The translations under genes were made by a program, and so were the position numbers. Shown one piece after another: positions 31,726-43,685 of a stretch of 64,000 nt of DNA. The DNA is taken from NCBI GenBank assembly GCA_965219415.1, contig OZ244742.1, positions 1,632,001 to 1,696,000 of the forward strand. Reading direction: 5' to 3'. The first letter of the stretch is position 1; each line of letters opens with the position of its first letter. Below the pieces are notes generated by a model. That model worked only from the letters and a program-made list of their open reading frames with translations. It searched no databases and had not been told where the DNA came from. The DNA is from Candidatus Marinacidobacterales bacterium (GTDB taxonomy: Bacteria > Acidobacteriota > Vicinamibacteria > Marinacidobacterales > DATDRI01).

Positions 31726-32736
31726 GTGGCTGACTTTCTTCCCCTGGGCAAACTCAACCCACAACTGTTGCGGGATTTTCTGACACGACATGGTGTCTCC
31801 GATCCTCGGGTCTTGGTTGGACCCCAGATCGGTGAAGACGCGGCCGCGGTCGACCTAGGAGACCGTTACCTCTTGCTCGCGTCCGATCCCATCACGTTCA
31901 CGCCAGAGCGCATCGGTTGGTACGCCGTCCAGGTAAACGCCAACGACATCGCGGCGATGGGTGGCACGCCCCTCTATTTTCTGTCTACCGTCCTTTTGCC
32001 GGAGCAAGCGACGACGCCCGAGATGGCGGAACGCATATTCGCAGACGTAGCCGAGGCCTGCCGAGAGATCGGTTGTACGCCGGTGGGAGGTCACACCGAG
32101 ATCACGTCGGGTGTCGATAAACCCATCCTGTCCGGCACCATGGTCGGAGAGGTCGAGCGAGACCGCCTCGTAACATCGTCTGGTGCGCAAAAGGGCGACA
32201 TGTTGATCTTGACGAAAGGGATCGCCATCGAAGCAACCGCAATCCTGGCGCGGGAAAAGTCTGATGAGATAGTCGGGTCGCTGGGAGCGGACTTCCTCAA
32301 GAAGTCGGTAGCGTTTCTCGAAGTTCCTGGTTTGTCGGTGCTCCCGGCAGCTCGTGCCGCTTGCTCGGTCCCCGGTGTCCACGCGATGCACGACCCGACG
32401 GAAGGTGGGATCGCGAACGCCCTCTGGGAACTGGCCGAAGCGTCGGAAGTGGGACTGATCGTCAGCGAGACCGAGATCCCTCGCTACTGGGAGTCCACCG
32501 AGCTTGCAAAACTCTTTGGCATCGATCTGCTCGGCGCCATCGCATCGGGTGCGCTGTTGCTGACAACCGAGGAAAAGAAGACCCCGGCCGTATTGCAGAG
32601 CCTTAAAGACGCCGGGGTCGAGGCCAACGTCATCGGCCGCGTGACTGAACGGGAGAAGGGTATCAAGCTCTTGCGAGGTGACCGCCCGGTCAATCTCCCC
32701 CGATTCGACGCCGACGAGCTCACTCGGGTCCTTTAG
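31726..32736 (+). CDS. AIR synthase (PurM/HypE-like) family protein
   Basis: GKL, GEDAA, SDPIT, NANDIAAMG, GGHTE, MHDPTEGG; no C-terminal PRIC. Confidence 0.85.
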   Translation: MADFLPLGKLNPQLLRDFLTRHGVSDPRVLVGPQIGEDAAAVDLGDRYLLLASDPITFTPERIGWYAVQVNANDIAAMGGTPLYFLSTVLLPEQATTPEMAERIFADVAEACREIGCTPVGGHTEITSGVDKPILSGTMVGEVERDRLVTSSGAQKGDMLILTKGIAIEATAILAREKSDEIVGSLGADFLKKSVAFLEVPGLSVLPAARAACSVPGVHAMHDPTEGGIANALWELAEASEVGLIVSETEIPRYWESTELAKLFGIDLLGAIASGALLLTTEEKKTPAVLQSLKDAGVEANVIGRVTEREKGIKLLRGDRPVNLPRFDADELTRVL

Positions 32737-32787
32737 ACATCTTGGTCTATAATGGGGGTATCCCCGTGGATCTTTAGGAGAGCCTTT

Positions 32788-33802
32788 ATGAACCGGAGCG
32801 TCACCCGACTCCTCGCGATGCTGCTCGTCATCCTCGTTCCTCTAGCCGCAGTAGCCTTAAAGAGGAGAAGGTCGAGGGCTATGCGGAGTGGCAAAAAGGC
32901 AATCTGATCATCGTAGACGGCCAGCGAGTCCGGCCGGCTCAAAGGGTCAAGTACAAGAAAATCGCAAGCCTCTACGACATTCATCTGGGTTGGGAAGTCA
33001 AAGCCAAGGGGGACGCGGGCCGCGGACGGCACTCTCGTCGCACGGGAAATCGAAGCTAAGCCCAATGGAAACGCCATGTTCGAGTCGCAGGTCTTGGGGG
33101 CCACCAACGAGGTCGAGCAAGCCTGGGTCAAAGAAGGCAAGATATTTGAGCCCGGTCTGGGTGGAAAAAACAAGACCATTGGGGAACTCTCAGAGTCCGG
33201 ACCGCGCGTCGATCGAGTTCGCGAGATCACGACGCGTCTCACGCCGCCCTACATTTCCTCGGACTCGGTTCGGGTGCGGGTAGTCGAGACCGACGAGTGG
33301 AACGCCGCAGCCATGGGCAACGGAGCGATCTGGGTCTACAGCGGCTTGATCGATGCCATGAGCGATGACGAGCTTGCCATCGTGCTCGGGCACGAGTTGG
33401 CGCACTATACGCACGAACATTCCCGACGTAATGCCAAGCGAAGGGATGTGGACTCAAATGTTGGCGGTCGGGGCGATGGCCAGCAGCCGGGCCATCGACA
33501 GCGGCGCCACACGTTCCGCGGTGGAGCTAGGCTCGGTGCTCGGCCTCTCCGCCTTCGGAGTCGGCTACAGCCGCGACCTCGAGGATCAAGCCGATCGAGT
33601 GGGACTTCGCTACGTTCACGAAGCGGGCTACGACGTCCATCAAGGCCCGACTCTGTGGGCGAAGTTCCGGGAAAAGTATGGCGAGAGTGACTCGGTCAAG
33701 AACTTCTTCTTTGGGAGCCATTCCCGACCCACCGATCGCATCCGCAACATCGATAAAGAGCTCGCCATCAACTGCGGCCCTCGAAACGCTACGGAACGTT
33801 AG
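32788..33802 (+). CDS. Exported M48-family metalloprotease with N-terminal DUF5666-like domain (two frameshifts)
   Basis: Signal peptide; WNAAAMGNG, HELAH, YSRDLEDQAD, SHSRPTDR. Confidence 0.8.
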
Positions 33803-35330
33803 TCGCACCCGGCTGGCCGTTCGCTCGGGCTCCGGCGATGAAAGCCGTCACATCGGCCTTCAACTTCTCGAGTGATTCCTTTTGGATGTACATCATGTGG
33901 CCCGCTGCGTATTCTCCCGTCGAGATGTTGGCCCCGTGATGAGGGATGAAGCTCCAGATGACTAAGCGTTGTACTCGGTCGCGAAGTAGGGCGTAGCCAT
34001 GTCGTAGTAGCCGGAGGCCACGAAGACCTTCATATAAGGATTCTTTGCCATCGCGCTCCGTAACGCTTCACTGGTGTCGGGAAAGCCGCCCACCGCCGAT
34101 CCCCACTCCCATTCATCGAAACCCCCACCGAGGATGTAATAGGGTCGGTCGTTCTCGTACCCCAGCTCCTGACGCACATAGTCGTTGAACGCCGCGGTGT
34201 AGGGCGGTCGAATCGCGGCCATGCTGGGGTCGAAGTCGGGCCGTTCCGCGGCCGCACTGGTATCGACTCCCTTGAACCGACTGTCGAGTCTTCCCACGGT
34301 GCGGTTCTCGCTTCGCAGTAGCTCCTTTCGAAATCGACTCGGCTCGATACGAAGATTGGTACTCTCGATGTAGTCCTCGCCAAGGCCGGTGAATCGAAGA
34401 GAGAATGCCCGCAATGCGAGCGCGTTCGTCCGGCGACAGGAAATCTCCTTGGGCGAGCGCGCCCCAATAGTCGTTCCACGCCCACGCTTCCACTTCGTCG
34501 AGAGTACCGCGAAGATCGGACTGCAGCTCCGATCCGAGTTTTTTGTGATACCAAGCGGTGGCGGTGTAAGTCGGCAAGTACAGCAAGTAGGGAAGATCGT
34601 TCCCCTTGGCAAAGAGTGCGGTCTGAAAGTTGAGAATAGAAGAAACGAGAATCACACCGTTGAAGGCGATGCCACGATCGACGAGGTGGCCGGTCAGCCC
34701 CGCGGCACGCGTCGTACCGTAGCTCTCCCCAACCAAGAACAGCGGCGAGGTCCACCGTTCGTAGCGAGTCAGATAGAGCCGGATAAACTCCCCGACCGAC
34801 CGAATGTCCCCTTCTACTCCCCAGAATTTCTCTCCCTCTTCTTCGAGCGCACGACTGAAGCCGGTCCCTACCGGATCGATGAACACCATGTCCGTCAGAT
34901 CCAGCCAAGACTGCTCGTTGTCGACCAAGCGGTATGGAGGGCTCGGCATGCCACCCTCCTCCAGCATTTCGACCCGGCGGGGCCCCAGAGCACCCAAGTG
35001 CAGCCACACCGAAGAAGATCCCGGTCCACCGTTGAAGGAGAAAGTCAGTGGCCGCTCCCTGCGGTCGTCCGCTCGGTCGGCGACGTACGCCATGAAGAAG
35101 ATGTGGGCCTGGTCCTCCTCGTTTTTCTCGTCCTTCACAGGGAGCATTCCGGTGGTCACCGAGTACTTGAGCGCCCTCCCTGAGATCGTAGCCTCATGGC
35201 TCGTTACGACCGGCTCGGCAATCTCGGTCTCGGGCCTCGACTCGGTCTCTTGCGGAGCCTCGTTCTGAGACGCCGAGGCGTTCCCTGCGATGAGACCGAA
35301 GAACAGGATCGATAGACACGGCATACGCAT
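33789..35330 (-). CDS. S10-family serine carboxypeptidase, secreted (frameshifts ~34395, ~33960)
   Basis: FNGGPGSSS, IDPVGTGFS, GESYG (Ser), GYYDMATP (Asp), YAAGHMMY (His, third frame). Confidence 0.88.
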
Positions 35331-35405
35331 AAGGTGCTCCCCTCCCTTCACTTACAGATTTGTTTGCTTCGCAACCCTTCCTACCGGAAAATCGTCATAA
35401 TAGAT

Positions 35406-38033
35406 ATGTACCGCTCGGCCTTAGTGCTGCTCGCGGCACTCACCACCTATCCTTTACATGCCGGTGAGACCCTTCAGCGGAAGAGCTATACCGCCACGCG
35501 GATCGAGGCCGAAGAAGCCCCCGTCATCGACGGTGTCCTGGACGACACCTGTTGGAAAGACGGCGACTGGGGGGCTGGCTTCCTCCAGCGAAAACCCTAC
35601 GAGGGCGAAGCGCCCAGCCAAGTCACCCGATTCCGGATCGCCTACGACGAACGTAACCTCTACGTCGCGATTCGCGCCGACGACAGCGAGCCCGATCTCA
35701 TCGAGAAGCGCATCACCAGACGAGACACCCAAGAGGGCGACCGGGTCACCATCTACCTCGACAGCTACTTTGATCGCCGTACCGCTTTTGCCTTCACCAT
35801 CAGCAGTGCCGGCGTCAAGAGCGACGTGCTGATTTCGGAAGACGGAGACAACGAAGATCCCAATTGGGATGCGGTATGGCATGCCGAGGTTGCGAGCGAT
35901 CACGAGGGTTGGGCTGCAGAGATGGCGATTCCATTCAGCCAGCTCCGGTTCGGCGACACGGAACAGAAGACTTGGGGCATTCAAGTGAGACGCTTCTTGC
36001 ATCGCAAGGAAGAGGTTTCCGGGTGGCAGCTCATTCCTAACGACGCGCCGGGCTTCGTCAACTGGTTCGGCGACCTCCACGGACTAGACGCCGTCCAGCC
36101 CCGCCGTCAGATTGAGCTCATACCGTACGCGGTCGCCAAGACCGAACGCTTCGAGCCCGAGGCCGGCAACCCCTTCGCCACTGGGAGCGCGAGCGAGGTG
36201 ACGATGGGATTGGACGGAAGAATGGGAGTCACCAGTGATCTGACGTTGACCTTCACCGTCAATCCGGACTTCGGTCAGGTAGAGGCCGACCCCTCCGAGG
36301 TCAACCTCACAACATCGGAGACGTTCTTCGAGGAGAGGCGGCCCTTTTTCATCGAGGGAAGAAACATCTTGGACTTCCAGGTCACCGGCGGCGATGGCGG
36401 CTTCTCACGAGACAATCTTTTCTACTCTCGGAGAATCGGACGGCCACCTCAGTACGAGCCCGAGTTCTTGGACGACGAGTACGGGACTTCCCCGTTCAAC
36501 ACTTCGATCATCGGCGCCTTCAAACTGACCGGTAAGACGCGGAACGGCGTTTCCATCGGAATCCTCGACAGCGTCACCGACCGCGAGTACGCGGAGATCG
36601 ACTTCCACGGCGAAAGACGCCGCGAAACAATCGAGCCGCTTACCAACTATTTCTTGGGGCGGGTCCAAAAGGATTTCGATCGAGGGAACACGATCCTCGG
36701 CGGCATATTCACCGCAACCAACCGAAGCCTCGGCGAGAACGACCCGTTGGCCTGGCACAACGCCGCCTATACCGGCGGCGTCGATTTCACACACCAGTGG
36801 AAGGACCGGACGTATTACTTCTCGGCGAAGAGTATCTTCAGCAACGTGCGCGGCGATCCGGAAGTAGTCCTGGAAACACAAGAGTCCCCGGTTCGGTACT
36901 TCCAGCGCCCGGATGCCGAGTACGTTTCGGTGGATCCCACACGGACTTCCCTCTCGGGACACGGCGGTACCGTCCAAGCAGGAAAGGGCGGGAGCGGTCA
37001 CTTCAAGTTCTCGGCTGGCGCGACCTGGCGCTCCCCGGGGCTCGAGCTCAACGACGTGGGGTTTCTCCGCCAAGCGGACGAAATCATGCATCGGTTACCA
37101 AGTCTGGAAGCCTTTCTCTATATTCCGGGACCTCCGTTTGGGTCTGAACCAATGGAAAGGATGGGACTTCGGGTGGACGAAACACCTTCGACGGCGGAAA
37201 CGTGCACGGCAATGCTCAGCTCAAGAACTACTGGGGGTTCGGCGCCGGGATCACCCGCGAGGGCGAGACGCTATCCTCGAACTCACTCCGCGGCGGGCCC
37301 TCGTTACGCGAGCCGGGCGGTTGGGGAAACTGGTTCAACATTCGCTCCGACGAGCGGAAGAAGCTGCAGTTCAACTTCGGCGGCTGGAACTTCTGGGGCG
37401 ACGAAAGCGCCCGAAGAACAAAGAACCTCTTCGTTGGAAGTACGTATCGTCCAAGCAACTCGCTGTCCATTTCAGTCGAACCCTTCGTGCAGCGTAATCA
37501 ACAGGAGCTTCAGTACGTCGATACGCAAAACTTTGGTGCGGAGCAGCGCTATATCTTCGGTAGCCTCGACCAGACGACCGTCGGCATTACGATTCGCCTG
37601 AACTACAGCATTACCCCGGACCTTTCTGTGCAGTACTACGGACAACCGTTCGTTTCCGCGGGCGATTACACGTCGTTCAAGCACATTACCTCCCCGCAGG
37701 CCGATTTGTTCGACGACCGGTTCAACACCTACTCGGACGCTCAGATCCGCTACGATGCCGAGGCCGAAGAATTCCACGTCGACGAGACCGGCAACGGCGC
37801 CACCGACTACAGCTTCTCCGACCCAAACTTTCAACTTCCAGGAGTTCCGCTCCAATCTCGTCATCCGCTGGGAGTACAACCCGGGCTCGACGCTCTTCGT
37901 CGTTTGGTCGCAAGAGCGCGGTGGCGAAGGTATTCCCGGCGAATTCGCCTTTCGCGACGACTTGCGCGGCTTGTTCCGCGAACACCCGCACAACGTGTTC
38001 CTCGTCAAGCTCAGCTACCGATTCCTTCGCTGA
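35406..38033 (+). CDS. CBM9-like + DUF5916 outer-membrane beta-barrel protein (three frameshifts)
   Basis: PVIDGVLDD..W, WAAEMAIPFSQLRF, NPDFGQVEAD, FFEERRPFF, LFYSRRIG; ends FLVKLSYRF. Confidence 0.85.
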
Positions 38034-38082
38034 CCGCCTGCCTTGTGCTGGGCTCGTCTTCGAGTGAAGATAGAGCGCCCGC

Positions 38083-39480
38083 ATGGAAATCAAGAGCGTC
38101 TTCGAGCTCCAACGATCCAACCGGCGACGGCTCAGAGCGTCGACGGTCGGGGAGCGAATCGAAAAGCTCAACCACCTCCATCGAGCAATCGAGAGCCGCT
38201 CCCAAGAGCTCGTGCAAGCGGTTCGCGAGGATCTGCGAAAACCTGAGCCGGAAGTCCAGCTCAGTGAAATCTATCCCGTCGTTACTGAAATCAAGCACGC
38301 GCGAAGCCACCTTGCCGATTGGGTAAAGCCGGTCTCGGTTCCCTCTCCTCTCGTGCTCTTCGGTGCGCGGAGCGAGGTCCGTTACGAACCGAAAGGGGTC
38401 GTCCTCATCATTGCCCCCTGGAACTTCCCGTTTCAGTTGTCGCTGTCGCCTCTCGTCTCCGCGATCGCGGCTGGAAACGCAGCCATCGTCAAGCCGTCGG
38501 ACCTCGCCCCACGAACCACCGCCTTCACCCGTAGTCTCCTCGGAGAACTGTTCGACAAAAACGAAGTAGCGGTGGTCGAGGGCGATGCCGACGTCGCCCG
38601 GTCACTCACCGAGCAGGCGTTCGACCACATCTTCTTCACCGGCAGCCCGGGAGTCGGTCGCCAGGTCATGGCTGCCGCGGCCGCCAATCTCACCTCGGTG
38701 ACTTTGGAGCTCGGCGGGAAATCCCCGGTGATCGTCGACCCTTCGGCAGACCTCGCAGAGGCCGCGACCAAGATCGTTTGGGGGAAATGTATCAACGCCG
38801 GCCAAAGCTGCGTGGCCCCGGACTATGTGCTCGTTCCAAAACACCACCAGGCCCGCTTCATCGAACTAACCCGGAAGGCGCTAGAAGAAAGGTACGGACC
38901 GGGGGAACGGCTGGCGGACAACCCCGACTATGGGCGGACCATCAATAAGCATCACTTTCGACGCCTCGAGAACCTGGTGGGTTCCGCGCTGAAACGTGGT
39001 GCCCGCATCGAGGTGGGAGGGACTTTCCGGGAGGAGGATCTCTTTATCCCGCCCACGTTCTTGAGCGGCGTGCTGCCGGACTCGGAGATCATGCAGGAGG
39101 AGATCTTCGGCCCGGTACTGCCGATTCTCTCCTACGAGACCCGTGAGGATGCGATTGCCCTCGTCACCACGCGGCCGAAACCCCTCGCCCTGTACGTCTT
39201 CGCGAGGGACCGGACTGCGGTCGAGACGATCCTCGGCGAGATCGACTCCGGCGATTCCGTCGTCAACGACGTCCTGGTTCATTATGCGAGTCCCTACCTG
39301 CCCTTCGGAGGCGTCCATCACAGCGGCATGGGGAAGACACACGGCTTCTCTGGTTTCAAGGCTTTCTCCCATGAACGGGCGGTTCTGCACCAGAGGAAAA
39401 GGACCCTCCCCCGGCTCTTGTATCCTCCTTATACGCCGTTAGTAAGAAGGCTTATTCGATTTACCCTTCGCTTCCTCTAG
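38083..39480 (+). CDS. NAD(P)-dependent aldehyde dehydrogenase (ALDH3/fatty aldehyde-like)
   Basis: PWNFP, FTGS, LELGGKSP, NAGQSC, EEIFGP, PFGG. Confidence 0.93.
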   Translation: MEIKSVFELQRSNRRRLRASTVGERIEKLNHLHRAIESRSQELVQAVREDLRKPEPEVQLSEIYPVVTEIKHARSHLADWVKPVSVPSPLVLFGARSEVRYEPKGVVLIIAPWNFPFQLSLSPLVSAIAAGNAAIVKPSDLAPRTTAFTRSLLGELFDKNEVAVVEGDADVARSLTEQAFDHIFFTGSPGVGRQVMAAAAANLTSVTLELGGKSPVIVDPSADLAEAATKIVWGKCINAGQSCVAPDYVLVPKHHQARFIELTRKALEERYGPGERLADNPDYGRTINKHHFRRLENLVGSALKRGARIEVGGTFREEDLFIPPTFLSGVLPDSEIMQEEIFGPVLPILSYETREDAIALVTTRPKPLALYVFARDRTAVETILGEIDSGDSVVNDVLVHYASPYLPFGGVHHSGMGKTHGFSGFKAFSHERAVLHQRKRTLPRLLYPPYTPLVRRLIRFTLRFL

Positions 39481-39528
39481 TTTTGTGACAAAATAGTAGG
39501 ATCGCGGATTTTACCGAGGATTTTTCCA

Positions 39529-40185
39529 ATGGGTGTAGTGCGTTTCAAAGATAAAGACCAAGAGGTGGCGGTCGGCAAGATCGTTTGTATGGGACAAAAC
39601 TACGCTAAACACATCGAAGAGTTGAAGACGCGCGTCCCGGACAAGCCGATGCTCTTCTTCAAGCCTTCCACCGCCTTGCTGAGTCCCGGGGAGCCGATCC
39701 CACTGCCGGATTTTTCCAAAAATATTCACTACGAGACCGAGCTGGTAGCGTTGATCGGCAAGCCGACGCGCCACGTCCCCTCGGCGGAAGCGCTTCAATT
39801 CGTAAGTGGCTACGCGATCGGCCTCGACCTGACCGCGCGCGACGTACAAGTCAAAGCCCGTCAGCACGGGGAAGCCTGGGCGGTGCCGAAGGGTTTCGAC
39901 GGATCGGCTCCTATGTCAGAAATCACTCCCGCCAGCGAGGTCGGAGACCCCGGAGACCTGGAAATCGAGCTTCGATTGAACGGAGAGGTCCGTCAGTCGG
40001 CACGGACTTCGGACATGATCTTCAAGACCGAAGACATCATCTCCTACGCCTCCAGCATTTTTACGCTCGAGCCCGGTGATCTCGTCTTCACCGGCACCCC
40101 ATCCGGAGTCGGCGTCATCCGTTCCGGTGACGAACTGCAAGCTCGGATCGAACGGGTGGGTACCGTCCATTGGAAAGTGAAATAG
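39529..40185 (+). CDS. Fumarylacetoacetate hydrolase family protein
   Basis: CMGQNYAKH, HYETEL, DLTARD, KGFD, TGTPSG. Confidence 0.92.
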   Translation: MGVVRFKDKDQEVAVGKIVCMGQNYAKHIEELKTRVPDKPMLFFKPSTALLSPGEPIPLPDFSKNIHYETELVALIGKPTRHVPSAEALQFVSGYAIGLDLTARDVQVKARQHGEAWAVPKGFDGSAPMSEITPASEVGDPGDLEIELRLNGEVRQSARTSDMIFKTEDIISYASSIFTLEPGDLVFTGTPSGVGVIRSGDELQARIERVGTVHWKVK

Positions 40186-41462
40186 TGGTCGAAAGACGGT
40201 TGACGGCCTTGGAAGGAACGCAGGTCGAACGCCTGGAGCTTCTGCTCTCGGTCGCACGGGACCTTACATCGATCCTGGATCTCGATCGGCTCCTCAACCG
40301 CGTCGGAAACTTGCTTCAGGAAGTCATCCCGTACGAACATTTCAGCATCTTCCTCTATGACACGGAGAACCAGGAGTTGGTCTGGAGAGTCGGGATCGGC
40401 TACTCGGAAGAGTCGCGCCGATGGCTCCAGCGTTTCTCGGTCAACAAGGGACTGGTAGGAAGGGCGGTGCGTACGCTTTCGCCGGTTCTCTCGAACGACG
40501 TCTCGCTCGAACCTGACTTCCTCCCCGCCAAGACCGACCGCGGCGAAGTGCCCCGCTCTGCCCTATCAATCCCTCTCATACATCAAGGCGAAGCGGTGGG
40601 GGCGATGACTCTCGAGAGCACTCGACGCTGTGATTTCAACGAGGAGCATGAGCAAGTCTTGACCGCCATCGGAAACATCTTGGCGATCGCCATCGCCAAC
40701 GCGGGACTCTACGAAGAACTCCTCTCCCGAGAAAGGAAGCTCGAGAACGACCTTCAGCTGGCGCGCCAGGTGCAGCTCAGTATGTTACCGGATGAGCCCC
40801 CCGCGGTACCGGGATTCGAGCTCGGAACCGCCTACCTTCCCGCAGAAAGCCTAGGTGGTGATTTCTACGACTTTCCACGTCTCGCCTCGGATAAGCATGG
40901 GCTCCTCATCGCGGATGTTTCCGGTAAGGGCGTTGGAGCGGCAATGATCATGGCGGCCTCGCGCGGCGCGATCCGCTCCGCGGCGCAACATGACGAGCAG
41001 CCCGCAGCCGTATTACATGCCGCCAATCGTCGACTCTACCGGGACATCAAGCGGAACGTTTACGTGACCGCTTGTTACGGTGTCCTCGATCCCGCGAGCG
41101 GCCGCTTCACCTACGCCTCGGCGGGGCACTTTCCACCCGTCATCGTCCGGCAGAACGGGGAGGTCTCCTACCTGAACGCCGGGGGCACGGTTCTCGGCAT
41201 GTTCGACGGCACCGGATTCGAACAAGAGACCATCGAGCTCCGCTCCGGAGATCTGATTTGCTTCTACACCGACGGCATCGTGGACGCCTTCGACCGCAAC
41301 GAAGAAATCTACGGTGAGGACCGCCTCGAGAAATTGCTCTTGTCAACCCATCGGCTCCCGGCGGCGGAGATTTCCCGCTTGCTCGTTGATTCGGTCCAAG
41401 AGTTCGCTAGCGGGCGGGCGCAGCACGACGACATGACTGTCATCCTGTTGAAATCGGTATAG
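40170..41462 (+). CDS. GAF-domain SpoIIE/RsbU-type PP2C phosphatase
   Basis: GAF domain then GGDFYD, ADVSGKG, AGH, YTDG, DDMT. Confidence 0.92.
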   Translation: MESEIVVERRLTALEGTQVERLELLLSVARDLTSILDLDRLLNRVGNLLQEVIPYEHFSIFLYDTENQELVWRVGIGYSEESRRWLQRFSVNKGLVGRAVRTLSPVLSNDVSLEPDFLPAKTDRGEVPRSALSIPLIHQGEAVGAMTLESTRRCDFNEEHEQVLTAIGNILAIAIANAGLYEELLSRERKLENDLQLARQVQLSMLPDEPPAVPGFELGTAYLPAESLGGDFYDFPRLASDKHGLLIADVSGKGVGAAMIMAASRGAIRSAAQHDEQPAAVLHAANRRLYRDIKRNVYVTACYGVLDPASGRFTYASAGHFPPVIVRQNGEVSYLNAGGTVLGMFDGTGFEQETIELRSGDLICFYTDGIVDAFDRNEEIYGEDRLEKLLLSTHRLPAAEISRLLVDSVQEFASGRAQHDDMTVILLKSV

Positions 41463-41472
41463 GATCCAGCCG

Positions 41473-42975
41473 ATGCGCTGGTGGCCAGCCGTACTGATTC
41501 TCGTCGGCGCTTTCGTTGCCCTCGTCTTCATCTGGAGCAGCGACGCTCCGGTCCGGCAGATACAAGTCGTCAACACCGGCCTCACTTTGATTTTGTTCAC
41601 CGGGCTACTCCTGCTGTGGCTCACCTTCTTCTCGAAGCTCCCCTGGAAGAAACGCCTCCAGGGTTGGGGCATCGTGATCTTGATGGTCACGTTATCTTTT
41701 CTTACATTCCGCTTTCGAGGCGTGAGCGGCGATCTCGTTCCCATCCTCGAGCCACGGTGGGCTGGAGCCGGCGAAGGGGTTACCGGCGATAGTCTCGACG
41801 AGCTGGCCTCGGCTTACGATTACCCGCAATTTCTTGGCCCTTCCCGAAATGCGACCGTACAGGGCGTGCACCTTGAAACCGATTGGACTACACATCCACC
41901 GAAACTGATCTGGCGTCGCCCCGTCGGAGCCGGCTGGTCGAGCTTTGCGGTCTCTGGCGATGCGGCCGTGACCCAAGAACAGCGTGGGGAACAGGAAATC
42001 GTCGTTCGTTACGATTTCCGAACCGGCGAGGAGGTTTGGGCCACGGGCAATCCCGCACACTACAACAATCCTATCTCCGGCGAAGGCCCGCGGACGACAC
42101 CCGCCATCGTCGCCGATCGCGTCTATACCGTAGGGAGCACCGGTATTCTCAACTGCCTCGACCTCGGGACCGGCGAGCGAATTTGGTCTCGCGATTTCAT
42201 GAAGGACAACGACACCGAGGTCCCCCAATGGGGCGTCGCAGGCTCCCCTCTTGTCGTCGACGACATCGTGATCGTGAGCGCCGGAGGCACGGACGGCAAA
42301 TCGCTGGTCGCGTACGATCGGGAGACTGGCGAGATCGTCTGGCAAGGTGGGAACGACAAAGCCGCCTACAGCTCCCCGTTACTCGCGACCCTCGCCGGCA
42401 TGAGGCAGATTGTCATCTTCAATGGCGCAAGCGTGGCCGGCCACGATCCGGTGGATGGACGAGTGCTTTGGACTCACAAGTGGCCACACCAGCAGTCCAA
42501 CGTGGCGCAACCCGTTCCGGTTTCCAGCGATGGACTCATCGTCTCCGCCGGATACGGCATCGGCGCCAAGCGTTTCAAGATCGAGCCCGGTGCCGACGGC
42601 GGTCTCGGTGCGAGCGTGGTTTGGGAGAACAATCGACTCAAGGCGAAGTTCGCCAACTTCGTCGTGCACGAGGGATTCGTCTACGGACTCGATGACGGGA
42701 TCATGGTGTGCCTGGACGCCGCGACCGGCGAACGCCAGTGGAAGCGAGGCCGCTACGGCCACGGCCAGATGATCCTGGTCGAGGATCTGCTCTTGGTGCA
42801 GACCGAGCACGGTGAGATGGTGCTCGTCGAGCCTAACCCCGGGGAGCTCCGGGAGTTGGGGCGGCTGCGCCTCTTCGATGGGAAGCTTTGGAATAGCCCG
42901 GCGCTCGTCGGCCAATATCTATTGGTCCGCAGTGACCGGGAGGCGGCGCTCTTCGAGCTTCCCTGGAAGAATTAG
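41473..42975 (+). CDS. Membrane-anchored PQQ-like beta-propeller protein
   Basis: N-terminal TMs, YPQFLGPSRN, repeated LD..TG...W blades. Confidence 0.85.
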   Translation: MRWWPAVLILVGAFVALVFIWSSDAPVRQIQVVNTGLTLILFTGLLLLWLTFFSKLPWKKRLQGWGIVILMVTLSFLTFRFRGVSGDLVPILEPRWAGAGEGVTGDSLDELASAYDYPQFLGPSRNATVQGVHLETDWTTHPPKLIWRRPVGAGWSSFAVSGDAAVTQEQRGEQEIVVRYDFRTGEEVWATGNPAHYNNPISGEGPRTTPAIVADRVYTVGSTGILNCLDLGTGERIWSRDFMKDNDTEVPQWGVAGSPLVVDDIVIVSAGGTDGKSLVAYDRETGEIVWQGGNDKAAYSSPLLATLAGMRQIVIFNGASVAGHDPVDGRVLWTHKWPHQQSNVAQPVPVSSDGLIVSAGYGIGAKRFKIEPGADGGLGASVVWENNRLKAKFANFVVHEGFVYGLDDGIMVCLDAATGERQWKRGRYGHGQMILVEDLLLVQTEHGEMVLVEPNPGELRELGRLRLFDGKLWNSPALVGQYLLVRSDREAALFELPWKN

Positions 42976-42979
42976 ACTC

Positions 42980-43402
42980 TCAACCCCTCTCAATCTGAAT
43001 CACCGCTAGCCCTAGCTGTCTTGCCGCATCGCACTGCCGCATATCAGCGGATATGAATGAGTCACAACCCGTGCGGCGTGCGGTTGCGATGTGAATCGCA
43101 TCCATCGCGCGAAGGGGGGCGGATTCGAGGCAGAATATGGCTTCCTGCAGAACCGTGGGCGAAATTTCGACGAACATAGCTTGACGAAAGTCGGCAATTG
43201 CGTCTTTCTTCAGAGAAGAATATTGCTCGGCGGCTATTGAATCCTCGCGCCGCAGACGGCTAAAAGCAGACACCAACTCCGGTAGGCAAATCACGCTGAC
43301 AACGATTTCAGTGGCCTTCGAGCACTTCTCAAGCACCGCTTCCGTCCCAGGCTCACGAACATACCGCTTGGCCAGGGCCGAGGTGTCGAAATAGCTGCGC
43401 AC
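42980..43402 (-). CDS. vapC: VapC PIN-domain toxin
   Basis: YFDTSALAKRY, E in LPELVSA, LRAMDAIHIATA, SAD. Confidence 0.9.
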   Translation of the reverse strand: MRSYFDTSALAKRYVREPGTEAVLEKCSKATEIVVSVICLPELVSAFSRLRREDSIAAEQYSSLKKDAIADFRQAMFVEISPTVLQEAIFCLESAPLRAMDAIHIATARRTGCDSFISADMRQCDAARQLGLAVIQIERG

Positions 43403-43635
43403 TAACGCCCTTCTTCCCTCTCTTCGAGAATAATCCTGCTCAAAGAAACTCCGGAAACTTCGAGAGGGTGAGCACGGGTCCAGCGTTCCCCTTTCCCCGT
43501 TGAGTAGGGTGAAAGTATGGCGACGGGCTTGCCGTTCCTATATACCTCTATGGTTTCTCCCTCCTCGACCGCGTCGAAGTACTTCTTGGCGTTGTTCCTG
43601 AGCTCTGAAAAAGTAACTGGGATCATTATTGACAT
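43402..43635 (-). CDS. Phd/YefM-family antitoxin
   Basis: TFSELRNN...VEEGE....RNGKPVA; overlaps the toxin start. Confidence 0.9.
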   Translation of the reverse strand: MSIMIPVTFSELRNNAKKYFDAVEEGETIEVYRNGKPVAILSPYSTGKGERWTRAHPLEVSGVSLSRIILEEREEGR

Positions 43636-43685
43636 TCCCTAGTTAGAGACGAGTTTTCTTCGTTTTTCCCCAGCCATCGTGAATG

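Noticed and set aside
31726-32736. HypE or SelD assignment
   Set aside because: Lacks the C-terminal PRIC of HypE and the N-terminal Cys/Sec motif of SelD.
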